Source: Sulfolobales archaeon | GTDB taxonomy: Archaea; Thermoproteota; Thermoprotei_A; Sulfolobales; NBVN01 | Length of the DNA: 64,000 nt | Reading direction: 5' to 3' | NCBI GenBank assembly: GCA_038841535.1 | Contig: JAWBTQ010000004.1 | Span: 64,316 to 128,315, forward strand | Part shown: positions 8,444 through 17,178 of the stretch, piece after piece | How positions within the stretch are numbered: position 1 is the first letter of the stretch | How the letters are laid out: each line of letters starts with the position of its first letter | Position numbers and translations under genes: made by a program | Notes under the pieces: model-generated | What the model was told of the DNA's origin: nothing | Database searches by the model: none | Seen by the model: only the letters and a program-made list of their open reading frames with translations

Positions 8444-9340
8444 CTATACCTTGGGGAAGAAGTACTTGCACCTACACGCCTTATTTCTAACACACCTTCC
8501 TAAGACTACCTCCGATATCCTAGAGGTTAAGTACTTGATGTTTCTACAGATTTCGTTTCGACACTCTGTTTCTCCCAACAAGCTGAGGACCTTGATCACG
8601 CTGTTGACAGCTGTTTCAACGTCTTGAACTAGGGTAGCACTTATAGCCGCTCTCGACAGCTCTAGGACTCTCGACAGCTCTACGTCTTCGCTTAGCTTAG
8701 GTTGCTCGACTCCTACTAAGATGTCGAAGAGCTCCTTGATGTACTCAATTGATACGGCTAGGTCTAGAGCTTCGTAGGGGTCTATAGAGCCGTCGGCAAC
8801 ACCCTGCTTTATGGTTCTAAGGAAGTACAGGTACTTTCTGTAGAACTCTCTGTATGTAGCGGGAGTAGAGGGGTTTCTCTCTTCAACGCAGTCTATGAGC
8901 TTGCTAGAGGTAGCTTCGATGGTTTTTAAGAGCGAGAGGAGGTCTGTCTTTACGTCAGAAAAAACTAGTTCGTGGATATTCGAACCCGGGTTAGCCATGA
9001 GGACGAAGCTCGTTACATAGTCCTTAAGGCTCTCAGAGAGCTCTAGAGACTGCTCATAGCTCGACTTTATCTTAACTCTCGTTACTCCCTCTACGTAGGA
9101 GGCAACTAGCTTCCTAATTGCTAGGTCGCTAGACTCGTACTCTATTAAGACGTTGACTTCCTCGCTTTGCTCACTACTCGAAGATGGAACTACAGTTATC
9201 TTAGAGCCATCGAAGTAGAGGCTAACTCTATCTCCAGGTTTAATACCTAGAGCGTCAGCCCACCTCTTCGGCACTATTATAGATAGAGAACCCTTACCAA
9301 CCACGTTCACTTTCTTGACTAAGCGCTCAGACATCTGCAC
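8444..9340 (-). CDS. AbrB/SpoVT-domain, PhoU-like transcriptional regulator with Cys-rich tail
   Basis: N-terminal GKGSLSIIVPKRWA..LGIKPGD (AbrB) and RKLVASYVEG typical of archaeal AbrB-PhoU regulators; helical C-terminal part. Confidence 0.7.
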   Translation of the reverse strand: MQMSERLVKKVNVVGKGSLSIIVPKRWADALGIKPGDRVSLYFDGSKITVVPSSSSEQSEEVNVLIEYESSDLAIRKLVASYVEGVTRVKIKSSYEQSLELSESLKDYVTSFVLMANPGSNIHELVFSDVKTDLLSLLKTIEATSSKLIDCVEERNPSTPATYREFYRKYLYFLRTIKQGVADGSIDPYEALDLAVSIEYIKELFDILVGVEQPKLSEDVELSRVLELSRAAISATLVQDVETAVNSVIKVLSLLGETECRNEICRNIKYLTSRISEVVLGRCVRNKACRCKYFFPKV

Positions 9341-9360
9341 TCCGAGATTACGTGTCTTAA

Positions 9361-9374
9361 TTACTTATAAGTAA
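9361..9374. promoter_or_regulatory. Perfect 14-bp palindrome TTACTTATAAGTAA over the likely TATA region of the regulator gene
   Basis: Seen directly, about 20-35 bp upstream of the start at 9340; related TAAGTA(TAA) words at 2735 and 8422-8443. Confidence 0.45.
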
Positions 9375-10372
9375 CACTAGCTACCTCAAAGCTAGCTAAG
9401 CCTTCGAGTACCACACTCATAGCACGCTCCAGCGACCAATCGATAGTTCAACTAGTAGCCTAACCCGTTTAGGAACACGAACTACATAAGCTACTATACC
9501 GATGACCTAGCTCAAAACAAGCCTTCACCAACTAGTCAGAGCATACCGAGACATCAACTAACCGAGAAACTACCTAAATAACGCACTGAGTTCGATACTC
9601 AAACCTAATGAAGCTTCAGCGAACTCATTTAACTAAGAGCAGTGAGAACTGAATTAGTCTGAGTGCACGAGTAGATAGAGTAGGATACCGCGAATTAAGC
9701 CGAGCAATCAGTTAAGCAGTATGCTGACGACCCTATACAGCAATAACTGAAAGAAACGAATACGTTAGAGAAGCAAACAACTTTAGAAAACAGAGCCTCT
9801 AGCTAGATACAGCAACAACAGTACTTCTTCAAGCTGATGCGAGTTAATCAGCTAACAGGTTTGAGGGCATCACTATCTGAGTTCATGGAGTTAGGGAGAG
9901 ACCGTGAGCTTGGGTTAACTTTACCAAAGTGTAGTTAAGCTCGGGTTAACTACGCCATTGGACTCTAGGGACCTAGCAGCGGTCTTGACCACCGCGAGTG
10001 GGCTAGGCAACTCCATCAGTTAATTAAACTTCCATCAGCTGATGGAGTACTGCTATTCTCAAGGATTTCTAGTGATGACCTGATTCTAGTAGTAAGATAG
10101 TATCGCAACTTGGGGTGTAGTTCAGCTACTCAATAAGTCGCTGAGTTAGTCGCCCGCTCAAATTCGGGAGCGGCGTGGGCGTTCAGGAGTCCGTGGATTG
10201 CTTAGTGCTCTAGTTCTATACTCATAGAGTACTAGAGTATTGAGAGCTTCACGCAGTGATCTCTGCCGTAGTCTAAGCTAAAGCTCTTAGCGCTCTCCAC
10301 GTCTGTGCTCACCCGGAGAAGTCTCCAGCACCTTCGGCTCTCCTCAATAATCTAGAGCTTTTTCACTCTACT

Positions 10373-10891
10373 TCACGCTTCTTCGCGAGGTTCCTTTAGC
10401 AGGCTCTTCGCAGGGTAGATGACTGGGCCGAAGCAGAGTAAAAAACCGAAGGCTTCGAGAGACAGGGTGCCTGGGCAATCACTCCTCGCATACTTACTGA
10501 GCTCAGCCCTCACTCTGCTGAGTATTTCCCCACCTATAGACCCAGCTCTCGGGATCCTAACCCTGCTAAAGCAAGCTTGCTCGACAGTACTACCTACTAC
10601 GTAGTCTACTACGTAATCTAGTGAAGCGTTGTAGCAACTGATGCAGGACAGTACGTAGGTTACGTACTCGACTGCCGAGAAGTAGTGCCTGGTGAGGAGG
10701 TCCCTCATGAACTCTGGAGACTGAGAGCTCTTGATTACAGCAACTCCCCCGATGTCCGGGAGAAAGACCTCTACGGAGTTGTCGTAGGGGTAAATAGTGT
10801 CACCTAGCTCTAGAGAGGCTCTCTCTTCTTTGGAGTAGCGGCTAGTAGCTACATAGGTATACTTACGCATAGAACAAGGACAGCACACCAT
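10373..10891 (-). CDS. Hypothetical protein, possibly THUMP-like RNA-binding
   Basis: N-terminal VATSRYSKEE..LELGDTIYPYD resembles crenarchaeal THUMP-associated proteins; weak. Confidence 0.4.
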   Translation of the reverse strand: MVCCPCSMRKYTYVATSRYSKEERASLELGDTIYPYDNSVEVFLPDIGGVAVIKSSQSPEFMRDLLTRHYFSAVEYVTYVLSCISCYNASLDYVVDYVVGSTVEQACFSRVRIPRAGSIGGEILSRVRAELSKYARSDCPGTLSLEAFGFLLCFGPVIYPAKSLLKEPREEA

Positions 10892-10915
10892 AGCTTTGCG
10901 TACATAGGGGAAGGC

Positions 10916-11188
10916 TTAGCTACTAGAGCAGAGCTTCTTTAAGACTACCCTCTCGTAGTAAGTAGGCTGAATCCACATGATCCACGCCGGCACCTTCTTA
11001 ACGAACTCGTAGGCTTCCCCCCAGTCCTCAACACCTATATCAGCAGCAAGCCTCTCTAAGCTATACTCTGAGTGTACATACCTATTCAGTAAAGCCACTA
11101 CATCCTTAGTTAAAGCGATTTCTTTACCACTACTGAGCCTAATTACGGGAACGCAGTCCTCCATAGTCCCTCCTCTAGTTTGAAGCAC
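10916..11188 (-). CDS. Small hypothetical protein (probable start at 11164, MEDC)
   Basis: Protein-like ORF; GGAGGGA upstream of the ATG; co-oriented with its neighbour. Confidence 0.6.
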   Translation of the reverse strand: MLQTRGGTMEDCVPVIRLSSGKEIALTKDVVALLNRYVHSEYSLERLAADIGVEDWGEAYEFVKKVPAWIMWIQPTYYERVVLKKLCSSS

Positions 11189-11295
11189 TCGCTCACTTAA
11201 ATATTTTCATTTCCGTAAGCAATACAGCCCCAGCTCCCGCAGGAGAGATAGAGTCCCCCAGCGATAACGCTTATAATATCATAAAAAGTAGAAGT

Positions 11296-12324
11296 TTGGT
11301 GGATGTTTTGAAGCCAAAGGTCTTCGTAACTAGGGAGCTTTTCGACGACATAATAGCTAGGATGTCGGAGCTCTACGAAGTAGAGGTTTGGGACAAATAC
11401 CACCACCCACCGTACGACGTACTCCTGAGTAAAGCAAGAGAAGTAGATGCTTTAGTAACGCTTTTAACGGATAAAGTAGACTGCAATCTTCTTCAGAGTG
11501 CGCCAAAACTAAGGATAGTTGCTCAGTACGCTGTAGGATTCGATAACGTTGACCTCGAGTGTGCAACAAAGCTGGGAATATACGTAACTAACACACCGGA
11601 CGTCATAAGCGACACTGTCGCAGAACTTACGTGGGCTCTCATACTAGCAGTAGCTAAGAGAGTCTTGGAGTCCGACTCATTCGTTAGACGGGGAGAATGG
11701 CATAGAACCGGCACTCCGTGGCACCCCAAGATGATGCTGGGTACAGAGCTTAAAGGCAAGGTGCTAGGGATAGTTGGTCTCGGTAGAATAGGGACACGAG
11801 TAGCTAAGATAGGCTCTCTAGGCTTCGGAATGAGGGTGATATACTACGATATCATTAGATACAAAGAGAAAGAAGGGATCTTGGGAGTTGAGTATAAGAG
11901 TAGCCTAGAAGACCTTCTTAAGGAGGCAGACGTAGTGAGTCTCCACGTACCCCTAACTAAAGACACTTACCACATGATGAACGAGGAGAGGCTCAAGCTC
12001 ATGAAGAAAACAGCTATCTTAGTCAATACTGCTAGAGGTGCTGTAATAGATACTCAAGCATTAGTTAGAGCACTAAAAGAAGGTTGGATAGCTGGCGCAG
12101 GAATCGACGTGTTCGAAGGAGAGCCAATACCCGGAGACCACCCACTAACTCAGTTCAAAAACGTAGTACTCGTCCCCCACATAGGCAGTGCGACACTTGA
12201 AGGAAGATATAGGATGGCCCAAGTAGTTCTCGAAAACCTCACAGCGTTTTACGAAGGAAGAAAGCCACCTACGCTAGTAAACGAAAGCGTATTAAACGTC
12301 CGCCCCCCAGGCTTTAAGAAATAA
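11296..12324 (+). CDS. gyaR: Glyoxylate reductase (D-2-hydroxyacid dehydrogenase family)
   Basis: AVGFDNVD, GIVGLGRIG, NTARG, DVFEGEP and PHIGSAT motifs. Confidence 0.9.
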   Translation: MVDVLKPKVFVTRELFDDIIARMSELYEVEVWDKYHHPPYDVLLSKAREVDALVTLLTDKVDCNLLQSAPKLRIVAQYAVGFDNVDLECATKLGIYVTNTPDVISDTVAELTWALILAVAKRVLESDSFVRRGEWHRTGTPWHPKMMLGTELKGKVLGIVGLGRIGTRVAKIGSLGFGMRVIYYDIIRYKEKEGILGVEYKSSLEDLLKEADVVSLHVPLTKDTYHMMNEERLKLMKKTAILVNTARGAVIDTQALVRALKEGWIAGAGIDVFEGEPIPGDHPLTQFKNVVLVPHIGSATLEGRYRMAQVVLENLTAFYEGRKPPTLVNESVLNVRPPGFKK

Positions 12325-12550
12325 GGTTTTCTTAACATACTTAACTCCCCCACGGAGTGGTCTAGCTTATAAAACAGAGTTTGAGGTAGTGTACCTAGGC
12401 AGCACATCGCAGTCTCAGAATACTCGCGCTAGGACACGCTGTTGCTGCGGCTCTTGGCGTAAGTTTTGACTTAATCCTTTAACCTAAGTTGAAAAGTGCC
12501 GAGGCAATTCAGTATTTCAACCTTTACGTACCCTAATATACTTCAAAAGC

Positions 12551-12558
12551 TTTTAAGT
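12551..12558 (+). promoter_or_regulatory. BRE/TATA promoter of tRNA-Glu
   Basis: AAAAGC-TTTTAAGT about 30 bp upstream of the tRNA 5' end. Confidence 0.6.
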
Positions 12559-12584
12559 ACTCCTACTCCTTATCTAATAACGGT

Positions 12585-12676
12585 GCCGCGGTAGTATAGC
12601 CCGGTCAAGTATGCGGGCCTCTCGTGCTCGTCGGGGTGAGCCCGTGACCCGGGTTCAAATCCCGGCCGCGGCACCA
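12585..12676 (+). tRNA. tRNA-Glu(CTC) with 14-nt intron at 37/38 (12625-12638), CCA encoded
   Basis: Acceptor GCCGCGG/CCGCGGC, anticodon arm CGGGC-CT-CTC-G[intron]A-GCCCG, T-loop TTCAAAT, BHB-like splice motif. Confidence 0.95.
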
Positions 12677-13342
12677 CTAAGGTTGGATAGCGAGACACCT
12701 CTCTCTGTACTCTCTTGCTAGATCTAGCTCTACAACGGAGCCTCTAGGAGAAGTCTCTTTGAAGACTCTTGCCGTAAACTTCTTTATTCTCACCTTCTCG
12801 CTCAACCAGCAATCTGGAGACATCCCAGCTTTAACGCAGGTTTCAGATAGAAACGTCTCCTCGTCCCAGCAGTACTCGATAGGCACCTCTGGAAGGAGAA
12901 CGCCTTTGTATACCCTATACTCTGCCACGAGTCCATCCCGACCTATGACTACCTCGCGAGCTCTCTCTCTTCCGGTAGACTCCATGTCTCTGGGTACGGA
13001 TAGAACGCTAACTTCAAAAACTAACTGATCTAGCTCGTCAGCTGATACAGGCTCAAACCTCGGGTCCTCTAAGGCGGCAGCGAGAGCAGTAGTTATTACG
13101 TTCTTTATTAACGGCTCTACCGGTGAAAGATACCCGATGCACCCCCTTAACCTGTACTCACCTTCAGATATCCTTCTAATCGTAGTAAAACTCATTCCTC
13201 TAGCCTGCAATACCCCGCCAACATCTGGTGGCTCGATGACTCTTCCCGATTGAAGGTACTCTTCAACAGCTCTCCTAGCTGTTCTCACGAGAAGTATTCC
13301 ATCGTCAAGACTTAGTAAGGAAGGATCCGCGTAGGCGAACAT
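12677..13342 (-). CDS. AMMECR1-domain protein (TIGR00296 family)
   Basis: LRGCIG, DPRF, EVSVLS, GRDGL, GVLLPEV and CVKAG motifs. Confidence 0.9.
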   Translation of the reverse strand: MFAYADPSLLSLDDGILLVRTARRAVEEYLQSGRVIEPPDVGGVLQARGMSFTTIRRISEGEYRLRGCIGYLSPVEPLIKNVITTALAAALEDPRFEPVSADELDQLVFEVSVLSVPRDMESTGRERAREVVIGRDGLVAEYRVYKGVLLPEVPIEYCWDEETFLSETCVKAGMSPDCWLSEKVRIKKFTARVFKETSPRGSVVELDLAREYRERCLAIQP

Positions 13343-13675
13343 CTGCCCACAGATAACTTCGGATCGTTCACATAAATCCTTTTATATGTGGAGACTATTT
13401 ACCCTAATACACAACGACCTCGAAACAGCGGTTTCTGCCCTGCGACCTCCGCTGCCACACCTTAACACTACGTCGTGGAACAAGTCCCGGAGTGTTCTCA
13501 GAAAATCCGAGCATTGAGAGTTAACGAGGTTTTGCACGCCACTCTACGTAAAGCTGTTGGGTAGAGGTCGCTACACGAGAGCATGCCACAGATTCCCACT
13601 ACGTAATGTAGCTCGGTTGGTTAAGGGTTATAGCTTATCAACTCTAGCGATGCCAGGTTTGTTGCGGTGTAGGCG

Positions 13676-13987
13676 TTGAGAACTATTACTCTAGTTGTTC
13701 GAGTACCGGCTACAGAAAGCAGGAGCTATATAGCTAAAGTCAGGCAGGTCACCAACAGCCTCGAGGAGCTCGACTTTAGAGTTCACTTACTAGTAGAGGG
13801 TGGTAGGAATCCAGAGCTGATAGTTCAAGGAGAGGTCATAGACCTCAGGAAAACAGGTGTCCGAGACATAGTTAGACGCATCTTAAGTTACGCAAGTGCT
13901 GAAGTATCGGACCCGGACATGCTGGAGAAGCTCGGTGGTGCCGGACTAAATGAGTCTGGAGAGCTTATAGACTCTGACACGCTATAG
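13676..13987 (+). CDS. Hypothetical protein
   Basis: Stand-alone protein-like ORF, no recognised motif. Confidence 0.5.
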   Translation: MRTITLVVRVPATESRSYIAKVRQVTNSLEELDFRVHLLVEGGRNPELIVQGEVIDLRKTGVRDIVRRILSYASAEVSDPDMLEKLGGAGLNESGELIDSDTL

Positions 13988-14013
13988 GTAGGAGCAAACA
14001 TTACGATTCCTAA

Positions 14014-14397
14014 CTACTGCTGTTCGTTGTTACTGTTGTTGATACTACTAGAACTCCTCTTACTGACCACTGTCCTGTTTATCCAACCACACATTAAGCA
14101 CTTTTTGACTATTGTTAGGTGAGATCTAGCCCCTCTGATTCTCACCCTAGCTGTTACCCCGGGAACTAGGGGAACACAGCATTTCTTGCATACCCACCTC
14201 CTGTATGAGGTGGGCTTTCTCGCTCTAGCTTTAAGTAATATCTTCAGTCCCCTCATGATGTATTTGCGAGCTCTATCAAACCTACTCTCTCTAACGCTAC
14301 GAATGGCTAGCGAATAAAGAATTAAGCTCCTCTGCCTAGCGATGTCCCTAACTAAGCTCTTTTTATGAGCCAAAGGCTCTGTCCCCTGCGTCACCAA
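14014..14397 (-). CDS. rnp4: Ribonuclease P protein component 4 (Rpp21); true start probably slightly downstream
   Basis: IARQR..L, CKKC..PLVPG..ARVR and CLMCG zinc ribbon. Confidence 0.88.
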   Translation of the reverse strand: MVTQGTEPLAHKKSLVRDIARQRSLILYSLAIRSVRESRFDRARKYIMRGLKILLKARARKPTSYRRWVCKKCCVPLVPGVTARVRIRGARSHLTIVKKCLMCGWINRTVVSKRSSSSINNSNNEQQ

Positions 14398-15163
14398 GCC
14401 CCGGAACTATATACCCCCTATCGTTTATTTCTGGGTCTATAGCAACAGAGTATACCATTAAATTTATTCCGAGTTCATCACTTGTTTTACTCAATCTAGC
14501 AAGCGCTATAGGCGTTACAATAACTGAGGCGAGAAGATACTTCTTGGCCCTACCATGTGTCATGATCTCTCGAAGTGCTCTATCTACCGTAGAGCCAGTA
14601 GCTACCATTACGTCACTCAGTATCACTATGCTTTCTGGGGCTATAGTAGGTATCTTCACATAAGCTACATCAATCTCGAATTCGTAGTTCTTCATACCTC
14701 TTTCTTCAACTCTCCTCGCTACGATAACCCCCTGTTTTGCGTTAAAGAAGATCTTAACTAAGCCCTCCGTAAGAGGCCACGCAGCTCTTAGCACTGTGAT
14801 TATGACAACTTGGTCTAAGTCTTTTACTCTTATACCGCGAGCCTTTATACCTAGAGGGGTCTCGACTTCACACTCCTCAATTTCGAGCTCCTTCACCATC
14901 TCCAGTCCAAGAACTCTGCCAAGCCTTACCAACCCTTTTCTGAAATCTATTTGCGACGTCTTTCTGTCCCTCAGAACTGTGAGTATGGCTTGAGCATACG
15001 GATGATCTACCACCTTCACTTTAAGCAAGCCTCCTAACACCTCAAGTTGGGATAGGTAGATAGTGTTAATAAGTTCAGGCAGTTGAGTAAAGACTTTGAC
15101 TCTCAAAACTGGAGCTTCGGGGTTGTGCTTACAGCACGTAGTAACTCTTGATAGTGGGCTCAA
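14363..15163 (-). CDS. upp: Uracil phosphoribosyltransferase (likely start TTG near 15028)
   Basis: HP..LT.LRD..T....FR, VLRA, DVMVATGST and YIVPGLGDAGDR motifs. Confidence 0.93.
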   Translation of the reverse strand: MSPLSRVTTCCKHNPEAPVLRVKVFTQLPELINTIYLSQLEVLGGLLKVKVVDHPYAQAILTVLRDRKTSQIDFRKGLVRLGRVLGLEMVKELEIEECEVETPLGIKARGIRVKDLDQVVIITVLRAAWPLTEGLVKIFFNAKQGVIVARRVEERGMKNYEFEIDVAYVKIPTIAPESIVILSDVMVATGSTVDRALREIMTHGRAKKYLLASVIVTPIALARLSKTSDELGINLMVYSVAIDPEINDRGYIVPGLGDAGDRAFGS

Positions 15164-15172
15164 TCCCTGTGG

Positions 15173-15697
15173 CTAGCGCAGACCAACTATCTCAACTGGG
15201 ACTTCAACGAACTCCCCGTTGGTTTTATCCCTGTGGACGTAAAAAGCTCGATAAATAGGACGACCTTCGTCGTCAAGCCACAAATTAATGTTAAACCCCC
15301 CACTACCGCCTGGGAAATCCACACCCATCCAATATGCGTAATGCAGACTCATCGATAGATCTGGTTTTACCAGCAGGGTCCCAGAGTACCTGTCAGGGCC
15401 CTTCTTGGGATAGTATTCTCTATACCTGTCCCTAGGGTAGTTCCATCTGAAAATCATGCCCGAAGGAGAGCTCTCCTTAATTATCCGTACTGGAACTTCT
15501 TTAGCTCTCACTACTAGGAGAGGATCACCCCGCTTAGAGTAAAGAAAGAACGCCCTTATTTTCTCGCCCCTCTCCTTAGCTTCCCTAGCAACACTGATTA
15601 CCTCGTTCCACACCTCTCGGCTAATCCTAATTCGTAGACCTATCAAATTGCGTCTCCATATGAAGGGTACTCTAATACAGCACATAAACACGACCAC
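15173..15697 (-). CDS. Hypothetical protein, possible inactive JAB/MPN-like fold (likely start TTG at 15646)
   Basis: Strand-helix-strand opening (IRISREVWNEVISVARE...AFFLY) resembles MPN domains; no HxHx7Sx2D motif. Confidence 0.4.
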   Translation of the reverse strand: MVVFMCCIRVPFIWRRNLIGLRIRISREVWNEVISVAREAKERGEKIRAFFLYSKRGDPLLVVRAKEVPVRIIKESSPSGMIFRWNYPRDRYREYYPKKGPDRYSGTLLVKPDLSMSLHYAYWMGVDFPGGSGGFNINLWLDDEGRPIYRAFYVHRDKTNGEFVEVPVEIVGLR

Positions 15698-16041
15698 CCT
15701 TCCACACCTTGACGTAGTAACTCCCTAACGCTATCTTTCTCTAGAACTATGTCGCACTCATTCGTAAATCTTCCTATCATCATAATTCTACGGCATCCCT
15801 AGTCTGGAAGTTTTCAGTGACTTACAAGCATTCTATACCCCTAGTAACCAGATTGCTTTTGGGGATGTGGACGTTCTTTGCCTTAACCGGCAACAAACTC
15901 AGTATTGCACTATTTGGAACCCGACGTAGTAGACTCGCTACTGAGTCAAAGAACTGCTTCTGCTGTGTAGGTGACTAAGAGAAGAGCATCTTAGGCTTTA
16001 AAATAGCGCGCGCACAACATAGCATGAGGTGTTAGGTTAAG

Positions 16042-17178
16042 TTGACCAGGTTCCTGCTCATGATTCCGGGCCCTTCTATAACTGACCCAGAAACAATGCT
16101 TGACATGGCTAAGCCCACTTTTAGTCATGTCTCAGCAGAGTTTGACACAATACATAGGGAGTCTGTCGAGACCCTAAAGAAGGTATTTGGAACGGAGGGA
16201 AGTGTTGTAGTTATCCCCGGGAGTGGTACGGCCGCAATAGAGCTCGCTGTAAGGACCTCGCTGAGAGCGGGTGAGAGGGCAGTAGTCCTCAAGGCGGGCT
16301 TCTTTGCCGACTACCTTGCTGATGCTGCTAAGAGGGTCGGAGCAGATGTTACGGTAGTGCAGTCGCCTACGGGCAGGGGGTTCAGCGAGGATGAAGTCGA
16401 GAGAGTATTGAGGGAGGGTGGTTACAGCGCAGTGCTACTCCAGCACGTAGAAACCTCAGTGGCTGTAGCTAACCCGGTTGAGAGGATAGCTAAAAAGGCC
16501 AAGGAGTACGGGGCCAGGGTCATAGTAGATGGCATAGCGTCTATAGGTGGAATGGATATGAAGCTGGACGAGTGGGGCGTCGATGTATGCTTGACGGGTT
16601 CCCAGAAAGCTCTGGCGGTACCTCCAGGGCTAGCTATAGTTGCGTATAGAAAAGGCTTCACCCCTCTAATTGAGAATGAGACAACGTATTTCAATATAAC
16701 TAGGCTACTGAAGGAAATGGAGTCTACTAGGAACTACTATATTACGCCGGCTGTAAACCTAGTTTACGCTCTCCACTCTTCCCTGAAGAGGATAATCGCG
16801 GAGGGGCTTGAGGTAAGGTATAGGAGGCATGAGGCACTAGCTAGGGCCGTGCAGAAGGGGCTTGAGGCTTTGGGTCTCAAGCTTGTCGCAGAGGAGGGCT
16901 TTAGGGCGAACACGGTCACGGCTGCCTACATCCCGGAGGGTGTAGAGTGGGCAAAACTCTATGCGGAGATGCGCGCAAGGGGTGTAGAGATAGCAGGAGG
17001 CCTCGGGGAACTACGGGGTAGGATATTCAGGATAGGACACATGGGTGAGGCTACAGCGAACGATGTAATCGCTACTTTAGCAGCACTCGAAAGGTCTCTA
17101 GTGAAACTAGGGTATAGAATAGAGCTGGGAGCATCGGTAAGAGCTGCTCAAGAAGTACTCCACTCCTACGGTGTGTAG
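16042..17178 (+). CDS. Class V PLP aminotransferase (alanine-glyoxylate/serine-pyruvate type)
   Basis: LLMIPGP, GSGT, HVETS, TGSQKAL (PLP lysine) and FRIGHMG motifs. Confidence 0.92.
   Translation: MTRFLLMIPGPSITDPETMLDMAKPTFSHVSAEFDTIHRESVETLKKVFGTEGSVVVIPGSGTAAIELAVRTSLRAGERAVVLKAGFFADYLADAAKRVGADVTVVQSPTGRGFSEDEVERVLREGGYSAVLLQHVETSVAVANPVERIAKKAKEYGARVIVDGIASIGGMDMKLDEWGVDVCLTGSQKALAVPPGLAIVAYRKGFTPLIENETTYFNITRLLKEMESTRNYYITPAVNLVYALHSSLKRIIAEGLEVRYRRHEALARAVQKGLEALGLKLVAEEGFRANTVTAAYIPEGVEWAKLYAEMRARGVEIAGGLGELRGRIFRIGHMGEATANDVIATLAALERSLVKLGYRIELGASVRAAQEVLHSYGV

Noticed and set aside
9380-10370. Replication origin or CRISPR array
   Set aside because: No ORB-like repeats with G-strings, no adjacent cdc6/whiP gene and no regularly spaced repeats. 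No CRISPR array was seen anywhere in the window.
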